The notes beneath the pieces are model-generated. The model searched no databases. It was not told the DNA's origin and worked only from the letters and a program-made list of their open reading frames with translations. Position numbers and translations under genes: made by a program. 64,000 nt of DNA, taken from Thermoproteota archaeon (GTDB taxonomy: Archaea; Korarchaeota; Korarchaeia; Korarchaeales; JAOZGB01). The DNA is taken from contig JAVCBU010000003.1 in NCBI GenBank assembly GCA_037917685.1, positions 225,309 to 289,308 of the forward strand, read 5' to 3'. Shown here one piece after another: positions 18,661 through 28,188 of this stretch; position 1 is the stretch's first letter, and each line of letters starts with the position of its first letter.

Positions 18661-19471
18661 CAGGTATATATCCAACCCCAAGCACAAATCTAAGGTAGAA
18701 GCCCAGCACTACCGCGGAGAGCAGGCATGCCAGCCAGGCATAGTCGGCACGTTTCATTTTAAGCTCGTGCAGGAACGTTCTATTATCCTTCGCGCCGAAG
18801 CACCTAGACTCCATGCTCATCGCGAGCTGAACGGTGAACTTCACCATCCTTGTTACGAGGGGTATGAATATTGGAATGTAATTCCTTATTTTCCTGAATA
18901 TGTTTCCACGCTGCATCTCAAGGCCCCTGGACATCTGAGCCTCTATTATCTCCCTTGTCTCAGACGCCATAACAGGGATAAACCTCAACGCAATGGTGAA
19001 TATGTATCCAGCCTTGTATGGGAGGCCGGCCTTCATGGCTGCCTGGACAGCATCCCTTGGGAAGGTTGTTGAGAGGATTATAAGCATGCATGTGATTGGG
19101 TTTAGGATTAGAAAGGCCTTCCCGAAGGCATATAGGAGGCCTATCTCGGTGTATTTCCAGTTGAGAACCGGGATTGTAAATATGACTTTCCCAACTTGGA
19201 GGGGCGCCCTTCTAGGCCAGAAGACAAGGCATGCTAGGATGAATACGAGGCTGTTGAACGCTACGAAGAGAAACCTTTTAGGTGTGAGCCTTGCGAGCAG
19301 CCCGACAACTATGATGGATACATATATTAGCCCGTTAAACCTTGGATCGGAGAAGCATATCGAGAGAGCCAGGATAACTATGAACCATAGAAACTTGCTT
19401 CTGGGGTCAAGCCTATGGATAAGGGTTTCCCCAGGGATGTAAAGCCCGTAGAGTGTTGACACAGGGGTCAC
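18650..19471 (-). CDS. ecfT: ECF transporter T component
   Basis: HRLDPRSK, IALRFIP, EAQMSRG and MESRCF coupling motifs. Confidence 0.92.
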   Translation of the reverse strand: MTPVSTLYGLYIPGETLIHRLDPRSKFLWFIVILALSICFSDPRFNGLIYVSIIVVGLLARLTPKRFLFVAFNSLVFILACLVFWPRRAPLQVGKVIFTIPVLNWKYTEIGLLYAFGKAFLILNPITCMLIILSTTFPRDAVQAAMKAGLPYKAGYIFTIALRFIPVMASETREIIEAQMSRGLEMQRGNIFRKIRNYIPIFIPLVTRMVKFTVQLAMSMESRCFGAKDNRTFLHELKMKRADYAWLACLLSAVVLGFYLRFVLGVGYIPVKW

Positions 19472-19492
19472 CTAAGGTAAAGAAGGGGGTTA

Positions 19493-20326
19493 CTATAGGA
19501 ACTCTATCCTGTCAGCCCAGTACAAGCCCCACTGTTTCACTATCGGGTATAGTATGAACGCCAACACCTCCCCGACGATTGCTGTAACGATAGCATTGTT
19601 TACCACCACGAAGGGTGCGAAGAAGCCCCATATGAACTCTATTGGCAGGCCTACAAGAGGCTTAGCGACGTCAAGCCACCAGCTAATATATAGTGAGCAC
19701 CACACGCTTCCAACCAGGACCCCCCAGAAGTAGTAGTCGAATACCGACCTGGCAGATCTCATGCTGTGGTCTTTCATGAACTTGTATGGTATGTATGCGA
19801 GTATGAAGTTTCCAACGAATCCTCCTATGCTGCCTACCCCAAGGTATCCTGCCAGTAGGTCCGCTATGAAGTTTCCTACAGCCGTCCCAACGCAGCCCGG
19901 TATTCCGAAAAGCATCCCGAAGATTGGGCTAAGCATGTTTGCAGGCCTTATCCATGTGAACCCGGGAATAATTGTTAGCCCCCCTGTTACCGTGAGTCCG
20001 CCGCCGTATACCGCCGCTGACAGGGCTGCAACGGCGACGTCTACGCTATCCCACTTTATCCTCTGCTTCACCAGGCGGAAGGGGAATTTGAAGGTGTAGC
20101 CGAGGAAAACCTCCATTATGAAGAACGCGGTGCCTAGGATCCAGAGTATTCCGCCGACTACGAGCCAGAATGGCCTCCCAAGCTTGAAGAATGCTTTAGC
20201 CCAGACCCAGTTCTCAGGCCCTTGCCTGGCGAACGTTACAGCCCCGTGGATGGAAAGGATTATCGCTACCACGGCTACGATTATAGCCGGAATGTACATG
20301 GTCCTACTCTTCTCCATCCCCCTCAC
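19493..20326 (-). CDS. ECF substrate-specific S component (QueT-like) with N-terminal TM extension
   Basis: AA.YG...WIRPANML.P.FG.LFG.PG..G.AVGN.IADL pattern. Confidence 0.8.
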   Translation of the reverse strand: MRGMEKSRTMYIPAIIVAVVAIILSIHGAVTFARQGPENWVWAKAFFKLGRPFWLVVGGILWILGTAFFIMEVFLGYTFKFPFRLVKQRIKWDSVDVAVAALSAAVYGGGLTVTGGLTIIPGFTWIRPANMLSPIFGMLFGIPGCVGTAVGNFIADLLAGYLGVGSIGGFVGNFILAYIPYKFMKDHSMRSARSVFDYYFWGVLVGSVWCSLYISWWLDVAKPLVGLPIEFIWGFFAPFVVVNNAIVTAIVGEVLAFILYPIVKQWGLYWADRIEFL

Positions 20327-20607
20327 CCCTTAGCCTTTTTAACAGCAATCCAACCTATCACCAGGCCTATGATTATGATAACGGCAGCGATAATGTTCGT
20401 GGCATAGCCTATCTCTGGAGGCTGCTTCCCATATATGCCTAGCTTGGATAGCAAGTGGTAGCCGAGAAGCACGATAATCCATAAGATACCTATGAAGACC
20501 AGCGGCATGCCTAGAGGTGTTTTCAAGCTGTACTTAACTAGCAACCCTATCAGAAGGAATATCGCTCCTAGAATCCATAGGATTGTGATCGGCTCCATCA
20601 TGACCAC
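20323..20607 (-). CDS. Small 3-TM membrane protein
   Basis: Three hydrophobic helices; 4-nt overlap with the S-component start. Confidence 0.7.
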   Translation of the reverse strand: MVMMEPITILWILGAIFLLIGLLVKYSLKTPLGMPLVFIGILWIIVLLGYHLLSKLGIYGKQPPEIGYATNIIAAVIIIIGLVIGWIAVKKAKG

Positions 20608-20691
20608 CTTCGTTTTTCGGCATATCTAGCCTAGACTTTAATATAAATTTTGGCTATGGTTTCGCAGCTCTTATGATGGTTAGTGCCATGT

Positions 20692-21276
20692 TCACGCTGC
20701 CTTCGAAAATATTGCGGCCGCCATTGTTAGTACTCCAACCACGGAGAGAGTTAGCCCAACTGTAAGGTTGTAAAACCTTAGGAGGTATCCTAGGACAAGG
20801 GTTAGGGATGAAACACCGAAGAGAAGGGCTTTAAGACTCTTAAACTTGAGGTAGGCATACCAGAAGATCGCTACGGCAGGGGCTAGAGTAAGCATGGAAA
20901 CCGCGGCTGAAAGGGCAGGGTAGCCCGCCAGCCTAAATGCAACCGTCAATACGCCCAGGATGAGGGGTGTAACCATGTATTTCATTTCCTCCCATGCTAT
21001 AAGTATGGCGCCGGCCAGCAATATGCTGCTCGAGGCCGCCCCGAAGACCACTACAAGCTTCTCTCCCAGCTCGACCGGGGTGGTGAAGGTTAGAGGCGAG
21101 TATGACTTCGCCGGGGAGGCGGCGCCCTCGGCAAGGCCTATCATCAGCATGAGCATGCTCCACATGAGGAGGGGTTTAAGCTTTGTCATGGCGTACTTCA
21201 ACAGCAATATTCCGAACATTACCATAGCCGAAACTATGAGGAGAGATCTTAATACTATCTCTATACTGGTCATCAA
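20692..21276 (-). CDS. Hypothetical multi-TM membrane protein
   Basis: ~7 hydrophobic segments. Confidence 0.65.
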   Translation of the reverse strand: MMTSIEIVLRSLLIVSAMVMFGILLLKYAMTKLKPLLMWSMLMLMIGLAEGAASPAKSYSPLTFTTPVELGEKLVVVFGAASSSILLAGAILIAWEEMKYMVTPLILGVLTVAFRLAGYPALSAAVSMLTLAPAVAIFWYAYLKFKSLKALLFGVSSLTLVLGYLLRFYNLTVGLTLSVVGVLTMAAAIFSKAA

Positions 21277-21367
21277 AGTCGACTTATCAGCTGTTATTAT
21301 TTTAATTTTATCTCACAACACCTAGTAGTCTCGAAATTATTAAGTAAACCAGTGGCTAACTATAGAT

Positions 21368-22690
21368 ATGTCTGAAAGCCTGCTGCTTCAGAACATACGG
21401 GTTTTACTAACACAAGACCGTACTAGAAAAATAATGAGAAACGTCCATGTTCTAATCGAGAATGGTAAGATATCTAAGATCTCACGCCAACCCTTGAAAG
21501 CCGATATTAAGATCGACTGTAGCAGGTTTATGGCGGCTCCCGGGCTCGTAAACTCGCACACGCATATTGCAATGTCACTCTTCAGGGGTGTAGCAGACGA
21601 TCTACCTCTCAAGGAATGGCTGTACGAAAGAATATGGCCTATGGAGGAGCACCTAACACCTGAAATGGTTAGAACAGGAGCCCTGCTTGGAATAGCGGAA
21701 TCCATCCATTCCGGTGCCACATGCTTCGTTGACATGTACTTCTACGAAGACCAGATCGCCGAAGCATGCGTCGAAGCTGGGGTAAGGGGAGTCCTAGCAA
21801 CAGGTTACATGGACTACGGGACACCTCAGAAACGCGACCCCTTCAAGGTTCTATCAGAGGCTGAAAACTACGTCAAAAGATGGAAAGACAGAAACCCCCT
21901 GGTGACCCCAAGCCTTGGCCCCCACGCACCCTACTCCTGCAGCCCTGAGCTTCTTGAAAAGACGGCTGAACTATCCGCCAGGTATGACATTCCCGTACAC
22001 ATCCACCTTGCAGAGGACAGGGAGCTAGCAGACCAGGTAAAGAGGAAAAGCGGAGTAACATCCACCGAGCTCCTAGACAGGACAGGCCTTCTAGATAGAA
22101 GACTGATAACAGCCCACACCATCTGGATCTCCGACTCAGATATGAAACTCCTAGCGAGAAGAAGCGTCCTAGTAGCCCACGTTCCCGTGACCAATGTTAA
22201 GATGGCTCAGGGAATAGCTAAAGTCCCCGAGATGCTGAGCCAAGGCGTAAACGTAGGCCTTGGGACAGACGGGGCTGGAAGCAACAACCTTCTTGACATG
22301 TTCGAGGTGATGAAGACAGCCGCTATAATCCACAAGCAAAGGCTTTCTGACCCGACAGCCCTGCCGGCTCAGAAAGTCCTTGACATGGCGACAACAATCC
22401 CTGCAAGAGTGCTCGGGCTGCCAACAGGCTCGATCGAGGAGGGAAAGGATGCTGATATAATCCTCGTAAGTCTCGACAGGCCTTGGCTTACCCCCCTACA
22501 CAGCCCAGTAGCCCATCTCGTTTACAGTGTAAGAATAGGAGATGTAGACACCGTCCTGGTAGCAGGTAAAATAGTGATGCTTCACGGCCGCATCACGACC
22601 TTCAGCGTCGAGGACACGATTAGGAAGACTGAAGAAGATGCCTTAAAGCTTGTCAGAGACTCCGGCGTGGAAAGCTTCCTAAAACAGTAG
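21368..22690 (+). CDS. mtaD: 5'-methylthioadenosine/S-adenosylhomocysteine (5'-deoxyadenosine) deaminase, amidohydrolase family
   Basis: PGLVNSHTH.AMSLFRG.ADDLPL..WL...IWP.E, PHAPY, HIHLAE and GTDGAGSNN. Confidence 0.85.
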   Translation: MSESLLLQNIRVLLTQDRTRKIMRNVHVLIENGKISKISRQPLKADIKIDCSRFMAAPGLVNSHTHIAMSLFRGVADDLPLKEWLYERIWPMEEHLTPEMVRTGALLGIAESIHSGATCFVDMYFYEDQIAEACVEAGVRGVLATGYMDYGTPQKRDPFKVLSEAENYVKRWKDRNPLVTPSLGPHAPYSCSPELLEKTAELSARYDIPVHIHLAEDRELADQVKRKSGVTSTELLDRTGLLDRRLITAHTIWISDSDMKLLARRSVLVAHVPVTNVKMAQGIAKVPEMLSQGVNVGLGTDGAGSNNLLDMFEVMKTAAIIHKQRLSDPTALPAQKVLDMATTIPARVLGLPTGSIEEGKDADIILVSLDRPWLTPLHSPVAHLVYSVRIGDVDTVLVAGKIVMLHGRITTFSVEDTIRKTEEDALKLVRDSGVESFLKQ

Positions 22691-22718
22691 CCTAACACAC
22701 GCCTAGAATGCTATAAAG

Positions 22719-23966
22719 CTACCTCCATGACTGCAGATACTTCTCCTGCTCCTCTGTAAGGCTGTCTATGGATATACCCATTGATTCAAGCTTGTAGGAC
22801 GCAACCTTATAGTCTATCTCCTCTGGTAACACGTAGACCCTTCTTTCCATCTCATCATGCTTCTCAACGATGTACCTTGCCGCAAGAGCCTGAAGCGAGA
22901 AGCTTAAATCCATGATGTCAGCTGGGTGTCCATCGGCAGCAGCCAGGTTTACAAGCCTCCCATCGCAGAGCAGGTATATCCTCCTACCATCTCTAAGCCT
23001 GTACTCCGTTATGTTAGGCCTAGGCTCCGTCTTGCCTACAGCTATCTCCTCCAGGTCTCTCTTGGATATCTCAACGTCGAAGTGGCCTGCGTTAGCAAGT
23101 ATTACACCATCTTTCATCCTTTCAAAATGCTCCCTCCTAATAACGTTAATGTTTCCCGTCGCAGTAATGAAGATGTCTCCTATCTCAGCGGCCTTAGACA
23201 TGGACATAACGGTGAATCCATCCATTCTAGCCTCCAAGGCTCTGATAGGGTTAACCTCTGTCACTATAACGTTACCTCCCATGCCGCTTAGCCTCATAGC
23301 CAGGCCCCTGCCAACCCAGCCGTAGCCTGCGACTACAATGTTCCTACCAGCCAGCAGCAGGTTGGTGGCTCTAAGCAGCCCGTCTATCGTGGACTGCCCC
23401 GTGCCATACCGGTTGTCAAAGAGATACTTACACTTCGAGTCATTCACGGCTATAACAGGGAAGGAAAGGATGCCCTCCCTCTCCAACGCCTTATACCTTT
23501 TAACACCGCTTGTTGTCTCCTCAGATCCGCCGATAACTCTACCAAGCAGGTCTTTCCGCCTGGTGTGGAGCATAACGCCGAGGTCTCCGCCGTCATCTAT
23601 TATAATATCAGGCTGTAGGGATAGTGCCCTATCAAGGTTTGCATAGTACTCCTCCTCCGTCTCTCCACGCCAGGCATAGACATGTACTCCCTCATCAGCA
23701 AGGGCTGCTGCCACGTCGTCCTGGGTTGTAAGAGGGTTACTACCAGCAATACTGATCTCTGCACCAGCATCCCTTAGGACAAGCGCAAGAAAAGCTGTTT
23801 TCATCTCCAAGTGTAGGCAGCAGGCGATCCTCAAACCCTTGAAAGGCTTATCCCTCTCGAACTCTCTTCTAATAATGTTTAGGACGGGCATGAACCTTGA
23901 AACCCAGTCTATCTTCGCCCTACCATCCGGGGCAAGACCGATATCCTTGACAAGGTAGTCCTCCAC
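22719..23966 (-). CDS. ahcY: Adenosylhomocysteinase
   Basis: [33 protein letters not shown] and GRLVNL..ADGHP. Start placed at GTG 23966. Confidence 0.95.
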   Translation of the reverse strand: MEDYLVKDIGLAPDGRAKIDWVSRFMPVLNIIRREFERDKPFKGLRIACCLHLEMKTAFLALVLRDAGAEISIAGSNPLTTQDDVAAALADEGVHVYAWRGETEEEYYANLDRALSLQPDIIIDDGGDLGVMLHTRRKDLLGRVIGGSEETTSGVKRYKALEREGILSFPVIAVNDSKCKYLFDNRYGTGQSTIDGLLRATNLLLAGRNIVVAGYGWVGRGLAMRLSGMGGNVIVTEVNPIRALEARMDGFTVMSMSKAAEIGDIFITATGNINVIRREHFERMKDGVILANAGHFDVEISKRDLEEIAVGKTEPRPNITEYRLRDGRRIYLLCDGRLVNLAAADGHPADIMDLSFSLQALAARYIVEKHDEMERRVYVLPEEIDYKVASYKLESMGISIDSLTEEQEKYLQSWR

Positions 23967-24074
23967 AATTGGAAAGTTGAAGGTGCAAACTATTAAGCTT
24001 GAACATAAGGATTCTGTTAATCGATGGTGTAAATCTTTAAGAAACAAAACAGTAGTGGCAGACCACAACCTATG

Positions 24075-24101
24075 GTGTTACTTTTTTACGAAAAGTAACA
24101 T
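24075..24101. promoter_or_regulatory. Putative NikR-type operator abutting the TATA box of the Ni/Co ECF operon
   Basis: GTGTTAC-N13-GTAACAT inverted repeat directly followed by TTTAATAA, 39 nt before the cbiM start. Confidence 0.7.
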
Positions 24102-24139
24102 TTAATAAGAAACAGGAGTTCTAACCTAAATGGTCTAAA

Positions 24140-24811
24140 ATGCATATTCCTGACGGATATCTAACACCTATAATAGCGGGGACTTGTTACATTATAAGCA
24201 TAATAATATTGTATCTATCATGGAGGAAATATCTCAAAGGTCCAGGTATCCCAGGCCTACTATCAGACTTAAACACGAGGATAAGCTACCTATCAGTGAT
24301 AGCTGCTGCAATATTCGCCGCTCAAATGCTTAACTGGCCTATTCCCGGTGGTACAAGCGCCCACCTCGTCGCAGGTGCCCTGGCGGGGATGATCCTTGGA
24401 CCTAGCGGAGGTGCCTGTGCGATGTCCCTGGTCCTGCTGGTGCAGTGCCTAATCTTCGGAGACGGCGGAATTACAGCTCTTGGAGCTAACATCCTAAACA
24501 TGGCTATAATAGACGTTTACGTAGGGTACATTGTGGCCGAGGCTGCTTCCAAGATCTTCAAAGACAAGGGGAGGGGGGTGGCCTTCGGATCCTTTCTTGG
24601 AGGATGGCTTGGAATAACGCTTGCAGCCATAGCCTGCGGCGTTGAGATAGGTCTTTCACCTGCCTTCGGCTATCCCCTGAGCGTAACCGTCCCGGTTATG
24701 GGTGTGTGGCATGCGGCTCTAGGCCTTGTAGAGGGAGCTATCACGATGTTCGTAATAAGCTACCTGTCAAGGCTAAATCCCGAACTAGTATTTGTGGGTG
24801 GTGCAACGTGA
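24140..24811 (+). CDS. cbiM: Ni/Co ECF S component CbiM/NikM
   Basis: MHIPDG N-terminus, AAQMLNWPIPGGTSAHL and QCLIFGDGGITALGAN. Confidence 0.93.
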   Translation: MHIPDGYLTPIIAGTCYIISIIILYLSWRKYLKGPGIPGLLSDLNTRISYLSVIAAAIFAAQMLNWPIPGGTSAHLVAGALAGMILGPSGGACAMSLVLLVQCLIFGDGGITALGANILNMAIIDVYVGYIVAEAASKIFKDKGRGVAFGSFLGGWLGITLAAIACGVEIGLSPAFGYPLSVTVPVMGVWHAALGLVEGAITMFVISYLSRLNPELVFVGGAT

Positions 24812-25077
24812 AGAGAGCATACATAATCATAATAGTGCTGGTGGTTCTAAGCCCCTTGTTCGGGGTTATAGGGGCGGAGATAGTGGGGTACAGGGAGCCG
24901 CTTGAAGTGGCCGCGGAAAAAGTAGGCCTTGAAGAGTCTGAGCCCCTCTGGAGCGGCGTTCTACCAGACTATACCTTCCCAGGAGCGAACGACGCAGTAG
25001 GATACATAATAGCAGGATTTATAGGGGTGGCTATACTCCTGTCGCCGCTAATAATAGTAGGGAGACGGAGGAAATGA
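24808..25077 (+). CDS. NikN/PDGLE-domain accessory component
   Basis: GTG start overlaps the cbiM stop; LSPLFG...EPLE.AAE...LPDY followed by a TM. Confidence 0.8.
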   Translation: MKRAYIIIIVLVVLSPLFGVIGAEIVGYREPLEVAAEKVGLEESEPLWSGVLPDYTFPGANDAVGYIIAGFIGVAILLSPLIIVGRRRK

Positions 25078-25796
25078 AACCATACAGCGTGGTAGAGCAA
25101 CTACTTGAAAAGACGGCTGAATGGATGGATGCTGTCGAATCAGCTACCGGGAGTAAGAGGCTTTCAGGGATCCACCCCCTAGTATTCCCCATATCCTTCT
25201 TCATCCTAACCTCGGTAGTTGCATTCTCGAATACCCTGCTTATACCCGTTGCTGCGGTGGCCCTGGCAGCGGTAGCCTGCAGGGATCCACGCCTGTTAAA
25301 ACTTCCACTCCCAATCCTAATATTCACAGTTATAGCCCAGGCCCCGAGAATCCTGCTAGAGCAGTTCCAGACAACAGTGTACCAAGTACTTACAATAGTC
25401 CTTAGAACCTACGCGTCGATGACAGTTATGCTGGCTTTAACCATGATTTACGGAATAGGAAGAATACTCCAAGGGCTCTCATACATGGCAGGGGAGAAGT
25501 TTTCCCTTGCAGTCTCAACACTTCTAAGGATGGTACCAGCCCAGATTAGGGAGATAAGAAGTATAGTGTTAGCGCAGCAGTCCAGGCTCCTCCACAAGCC
25601 AGGCTATACCAGGGTTTGGAATTCAGCAGCCAGAGGCGCGGCAATCCTCATATCCAGGAGCCTCGGTAAATCTACAGCCCTAGCATCTGCATACAAGTCT
25701 AGGATATGGGGCCAGGACCATGAGGAATACAGCCTTGGAGCCTCGGCACTCTTCCTCATAGCATCAGCATCTACGGTGGTCATCCTATGTGTCTAA
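25074..25796 (+). CDS. cbiQ: CbiQ/NikQ ECF T component
   Basis: TM protein with AQQSR and AYKSR coupling motifs; operon position. Confidence 0.78.
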   Translation: MKPYSVVEQLLEKTAEWMDAVESATGSKRLSGIHPLVFPISFFILTSVVAFSNTLLIPVAAVALAAVACRDPRLLKLPLPILIFTVIAQAPRILLEQFQTTVYQVLTIVLRTYASMTVMLALTMIYGIGRILQGLSYMAGEKFSLAVSTLLRMVPAQIREIRSIVLAQQSRLLHKPGYTRVWNSAARGAAILISRSLGKSTALASAYKSRIWGQDHEEYSLGASALFLIASASTVVILCV

Positions 25797-26509
25797 GAGC
25801 TGTGGGCGTCTCATACAGGTATCCAGACGGAACCTTAGCAGTTGAGAATGTAAGCCTGGAGGCGGAGCCCGGCAGGGTAACCGCTGTCCTTGGGGCGAAT
25901 GCGTCTGGGAAAACAACCCTTATACTTCTCCTAGCCGGGCTTCTCGAGCCAACAAGTGGGGAGGTAACGTATGATGGGAGCCCCATCACTATGCTTGGAT
26001 GGAAATATAGGAGAATATGTGGTGTGCTATTCCAGAACCCTGAGGATCAGCTTATAGCACCTGTTGTATACGACGATATATCGGTAGGCCCAAAACAGGT
26101 GGGCATGGACGTCAGGGAGGCAGTCCTAGTAGCAGCTTCAAAATCCAATGTGAGAAACCTTCTAAGGAGGTACACACACCGACTAAGCGGCGGACAGAAG
26201 AAGAAGGTTGCTATAGCAGGAATCATCGCGTACAAGCCAAGAATACTGCTGCTGGACGAGCCCTTCTCAGGCCTAGACTGGAAGGGATATGAAAGTCTCA
26301 CCGGCATACTACGAGCCCACAAGGCTGAAGGTGGAATAGCTGTCTTCACTACACAGGACCCTGAAATAGCCTTCCACCTAGCTGACATAATCATTGTTTT
26401 AAGGGAAGGTCGCATCATAGACGTGCTAGAAGGCGGAAGCAAGCCTACAATTGAGCTTGTAAGGAAGGCGGGAGTAAAACCTCCCTCAAGCATTTACAGC
26501 CAGCTTTAA
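25787..26509 (+). CDS. cbiO: CbiO/NikO ATPase
   Basis: GANASGKTT, FQNPEDQ, LSGGQKK and LDEPF. Confidence 0.88.
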   Translation: MCLRAVGVSYRYPDGTLAVENVSLEAEPGRVTAVLGANASGKTTLILLLAGLLEPTSGEVTYDGSPITMLGWKYRRICGVLFQNPEDQLIAPVVYDDISVGPKQVGMDVREAVLVAASKSNVRNLLRRYTHRLSGGQKKKVAIAGIIAYKPRILLLDEPFSGLDWKGYESLTGILRAHKAEGGIAVFTTQDPEIAFHLADIIIVLREGRIIDVLEGGSKPTIELVRKAGVKPPSSIYSQL

Positions 26510-26523
26510 CCCATCCCAATACT

Positions 26524-27303
26524 CTAGATGCCTATTCCAAGGCTTATAGCTCCAAACCTGCACTCATCAACACACTCCATACAAAGTACGCACTCAGACC
26601 TCGCAGGCCGGCCCGCGGCAAGCCGGCCCGGGGTTAGAGCATCAAACCTGCACTTTAAAGTGCATACTTTACAGTTTCTACACTTCTCTGGGTCAACCTT
26701 CAAGCCTACAGGCTTCACAATGCTGAGAAGCCCGAGAAAGCCTCCCAAAGGGCAGACATGCCTACACCAAGATCTGCTTCCCCAAGCCTCAAACAGGAAC
26801 GGGGCGAGTGCCACTGGTAGAAGGGATAACCCGGCTTCCTTAAGCCTCCCAAGCCCACAGATGCCTCTCACAGGGCATACCACGCAGAAGATAGGATACC
26901 TACACAGATACGAGAGCAAAATGAACGCCCCCGCAAAAAGATACTTTCCACCGGTTCCAAGAGCCATAGACAATGCCGGGGATCCCTTTCTACCTGAACC
27001 CTTCACGGGAAGAATGCATCTATAAATATCTAGGGCAGCCCCAACCGGGCAAAGCCAGCCACAAAAGAATCTGCCAAGGAAAACCGTCAACAGCACTGGC
27101 AGAGCAAAAGCAACAGCCAAGGCAAGCATCAGAAATCTGAGAGACAAAATTCTAAGTATCCCACCATATGGGCATGCCACACTTACCCATCCCGAGATCC
27201 AGCATACCCCAGACGATAAAACTAAGATTGAGGCCGCCAAGCTTAGAGCCTGAACAAAAAGCCTTAACCTGCTCCACCTCAAGGCTTCACCCTTGGCTCC
27301 CAC
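26524..27303 (-). CDS. NapH/MauN-like membrane polyferredoxin
   Basis: GRFFCGWLCPVG, WCRHVCPLG and two C-terminal CxxCxxCxxxC motifs. Confidence 0.85.
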   Translation of the reverse strand: MGAKGEALRWSRLRLFVQALSLAASILVLSSGVCWISGWVSVACPYGGILRILSLRFLMLALAVAFALPVLLTVFLGRFFCGWLCPVGAALDIYRCILPVKGSGRKGSPALSMALGTGGKYLFAGAFILLSYLCRYPIFCVVCPVRGICGLGRLKEAGLSLLPVALAPFLFEAWGSRSWCRHVCPLGGFLGLLSIVKPVGLKVDPEKCRNCKVCTLKCRFDALTPGRLAAGRPARSECVLCMECVDECRFGAISLGIGI

Positions 27304-27848
27304 CCAGTTCTACAAGCTCCTCCCGCTACCACGGTTATAGCATCCCACGGGCAAGCTTCAACACACCTCCCACACCCAACGCAATCCTCAACCAGCACCC
27401 GGGGACCCCCGCCGCTTATCTCTATAGCCCCCACAGACTCCCTCCTACACACATTGTAACACTTCCTACATTTCCCACCCCTACTCCACACAATGCAAGC
27501 ATCCCTATCTATCACAGCTGTACCAATGTCAGCCACCAAATCCTTAGAATATCTTAACGCACCTGAAGGACAAACCCTGGCACACTCCCAGCACCCAATA
27601 CATACACCCTCCACCACGGGTGTGAAAGCATTAAAGCCAGCTGTCAAAGGTAAAATCTTGATGGCGCCTGAAGGGCAGACTTCGGCGCATCTTCCACATC
27701 TCACACAGGCTACTGGGAAAACCTCCTCCGTAACCGCTCCCGGTGGCCTGACAAAGTCCCTCCTTGACCCCCTTAAAGCCACGGTGATAAATGTTGAAGC
27801 AAGGCCTGCAATGGAAAGCTTCAAAAAATCTCTCCGTCTAACCTTCAA
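27279..27848 (-). CDS. NapG/MauM-like Tat-exported polyferredoxin
   Basis: RRRDFLK Tat motif, RPPGA...F...C.RCGRC...CP and four Fe-S motifs. Confidence 0.85.
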   Translation of the reverse strand: MKVRRRDFLKLSIAGLASTFITVALRGSRRDFVRPPGAVTEEVFPVACVRCGRCAEVCPSGAIKILPLTAGFNAFTPVVEGVCIGCWECARVCPSGALRYSKDLVADIGTAVIDRDACIVWSRGGKCRKCYNVCRRESVGAIEISGGGPRVLVEDCVGCGRCVEACPWDAITVVAGGACRTGWEPRVKP

Positions 27849-27908
27849 CCTACCATAATAATGCGTGGATAGAATGTTTTAAAACTCTAGTAACCGCTGA
27901 AACATGGG

Positions 27909-27969
27909 GTTTGATCAGATGAAATCCCGGCGTCATTTGATCCGCCGCGGACACCTCATCATCTCAAAT
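27909..27969 (-). ncRNA. Box C/D guide sRNA
   Basis: Minus strand: TTTGAG-[ATGATGA]-GGTGTCCGCGG-[CGGA]-TCAA-[ATGACG]-CCGGGATTTCAT-[CTGA]-TCAAA, with terminal stem TTTGA/TCAAA. Intergenic, with TTTTAAAT ~20 nt upstream. Confidence 0.78.
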
Positions 27970-28188
27970 CTAGTATGTGTAGGGCATTTAAAAGTTAACA
28001 ATAGCATTTCACATGATAAGAAAAGATGTTACCCTATTTGTTGACCCTTCTACACATTTCCACATGTTACTTTGGAGCCGATACCCTGATCGATGAGCCT
28101 GATCAATAAGCTTTAGCAATTTACTGGTTTATATGCGCGTTCGGGTCATAAACTCTTGCTGTGGGGGCTCTACGCTGAGAACAGGAGC

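Noticed and set aside
23967-24068. N-terminal extension of AhcY
   Set aside because: Runs through the AT-rich divergent promoter; homology begins at VEDYLVKD.
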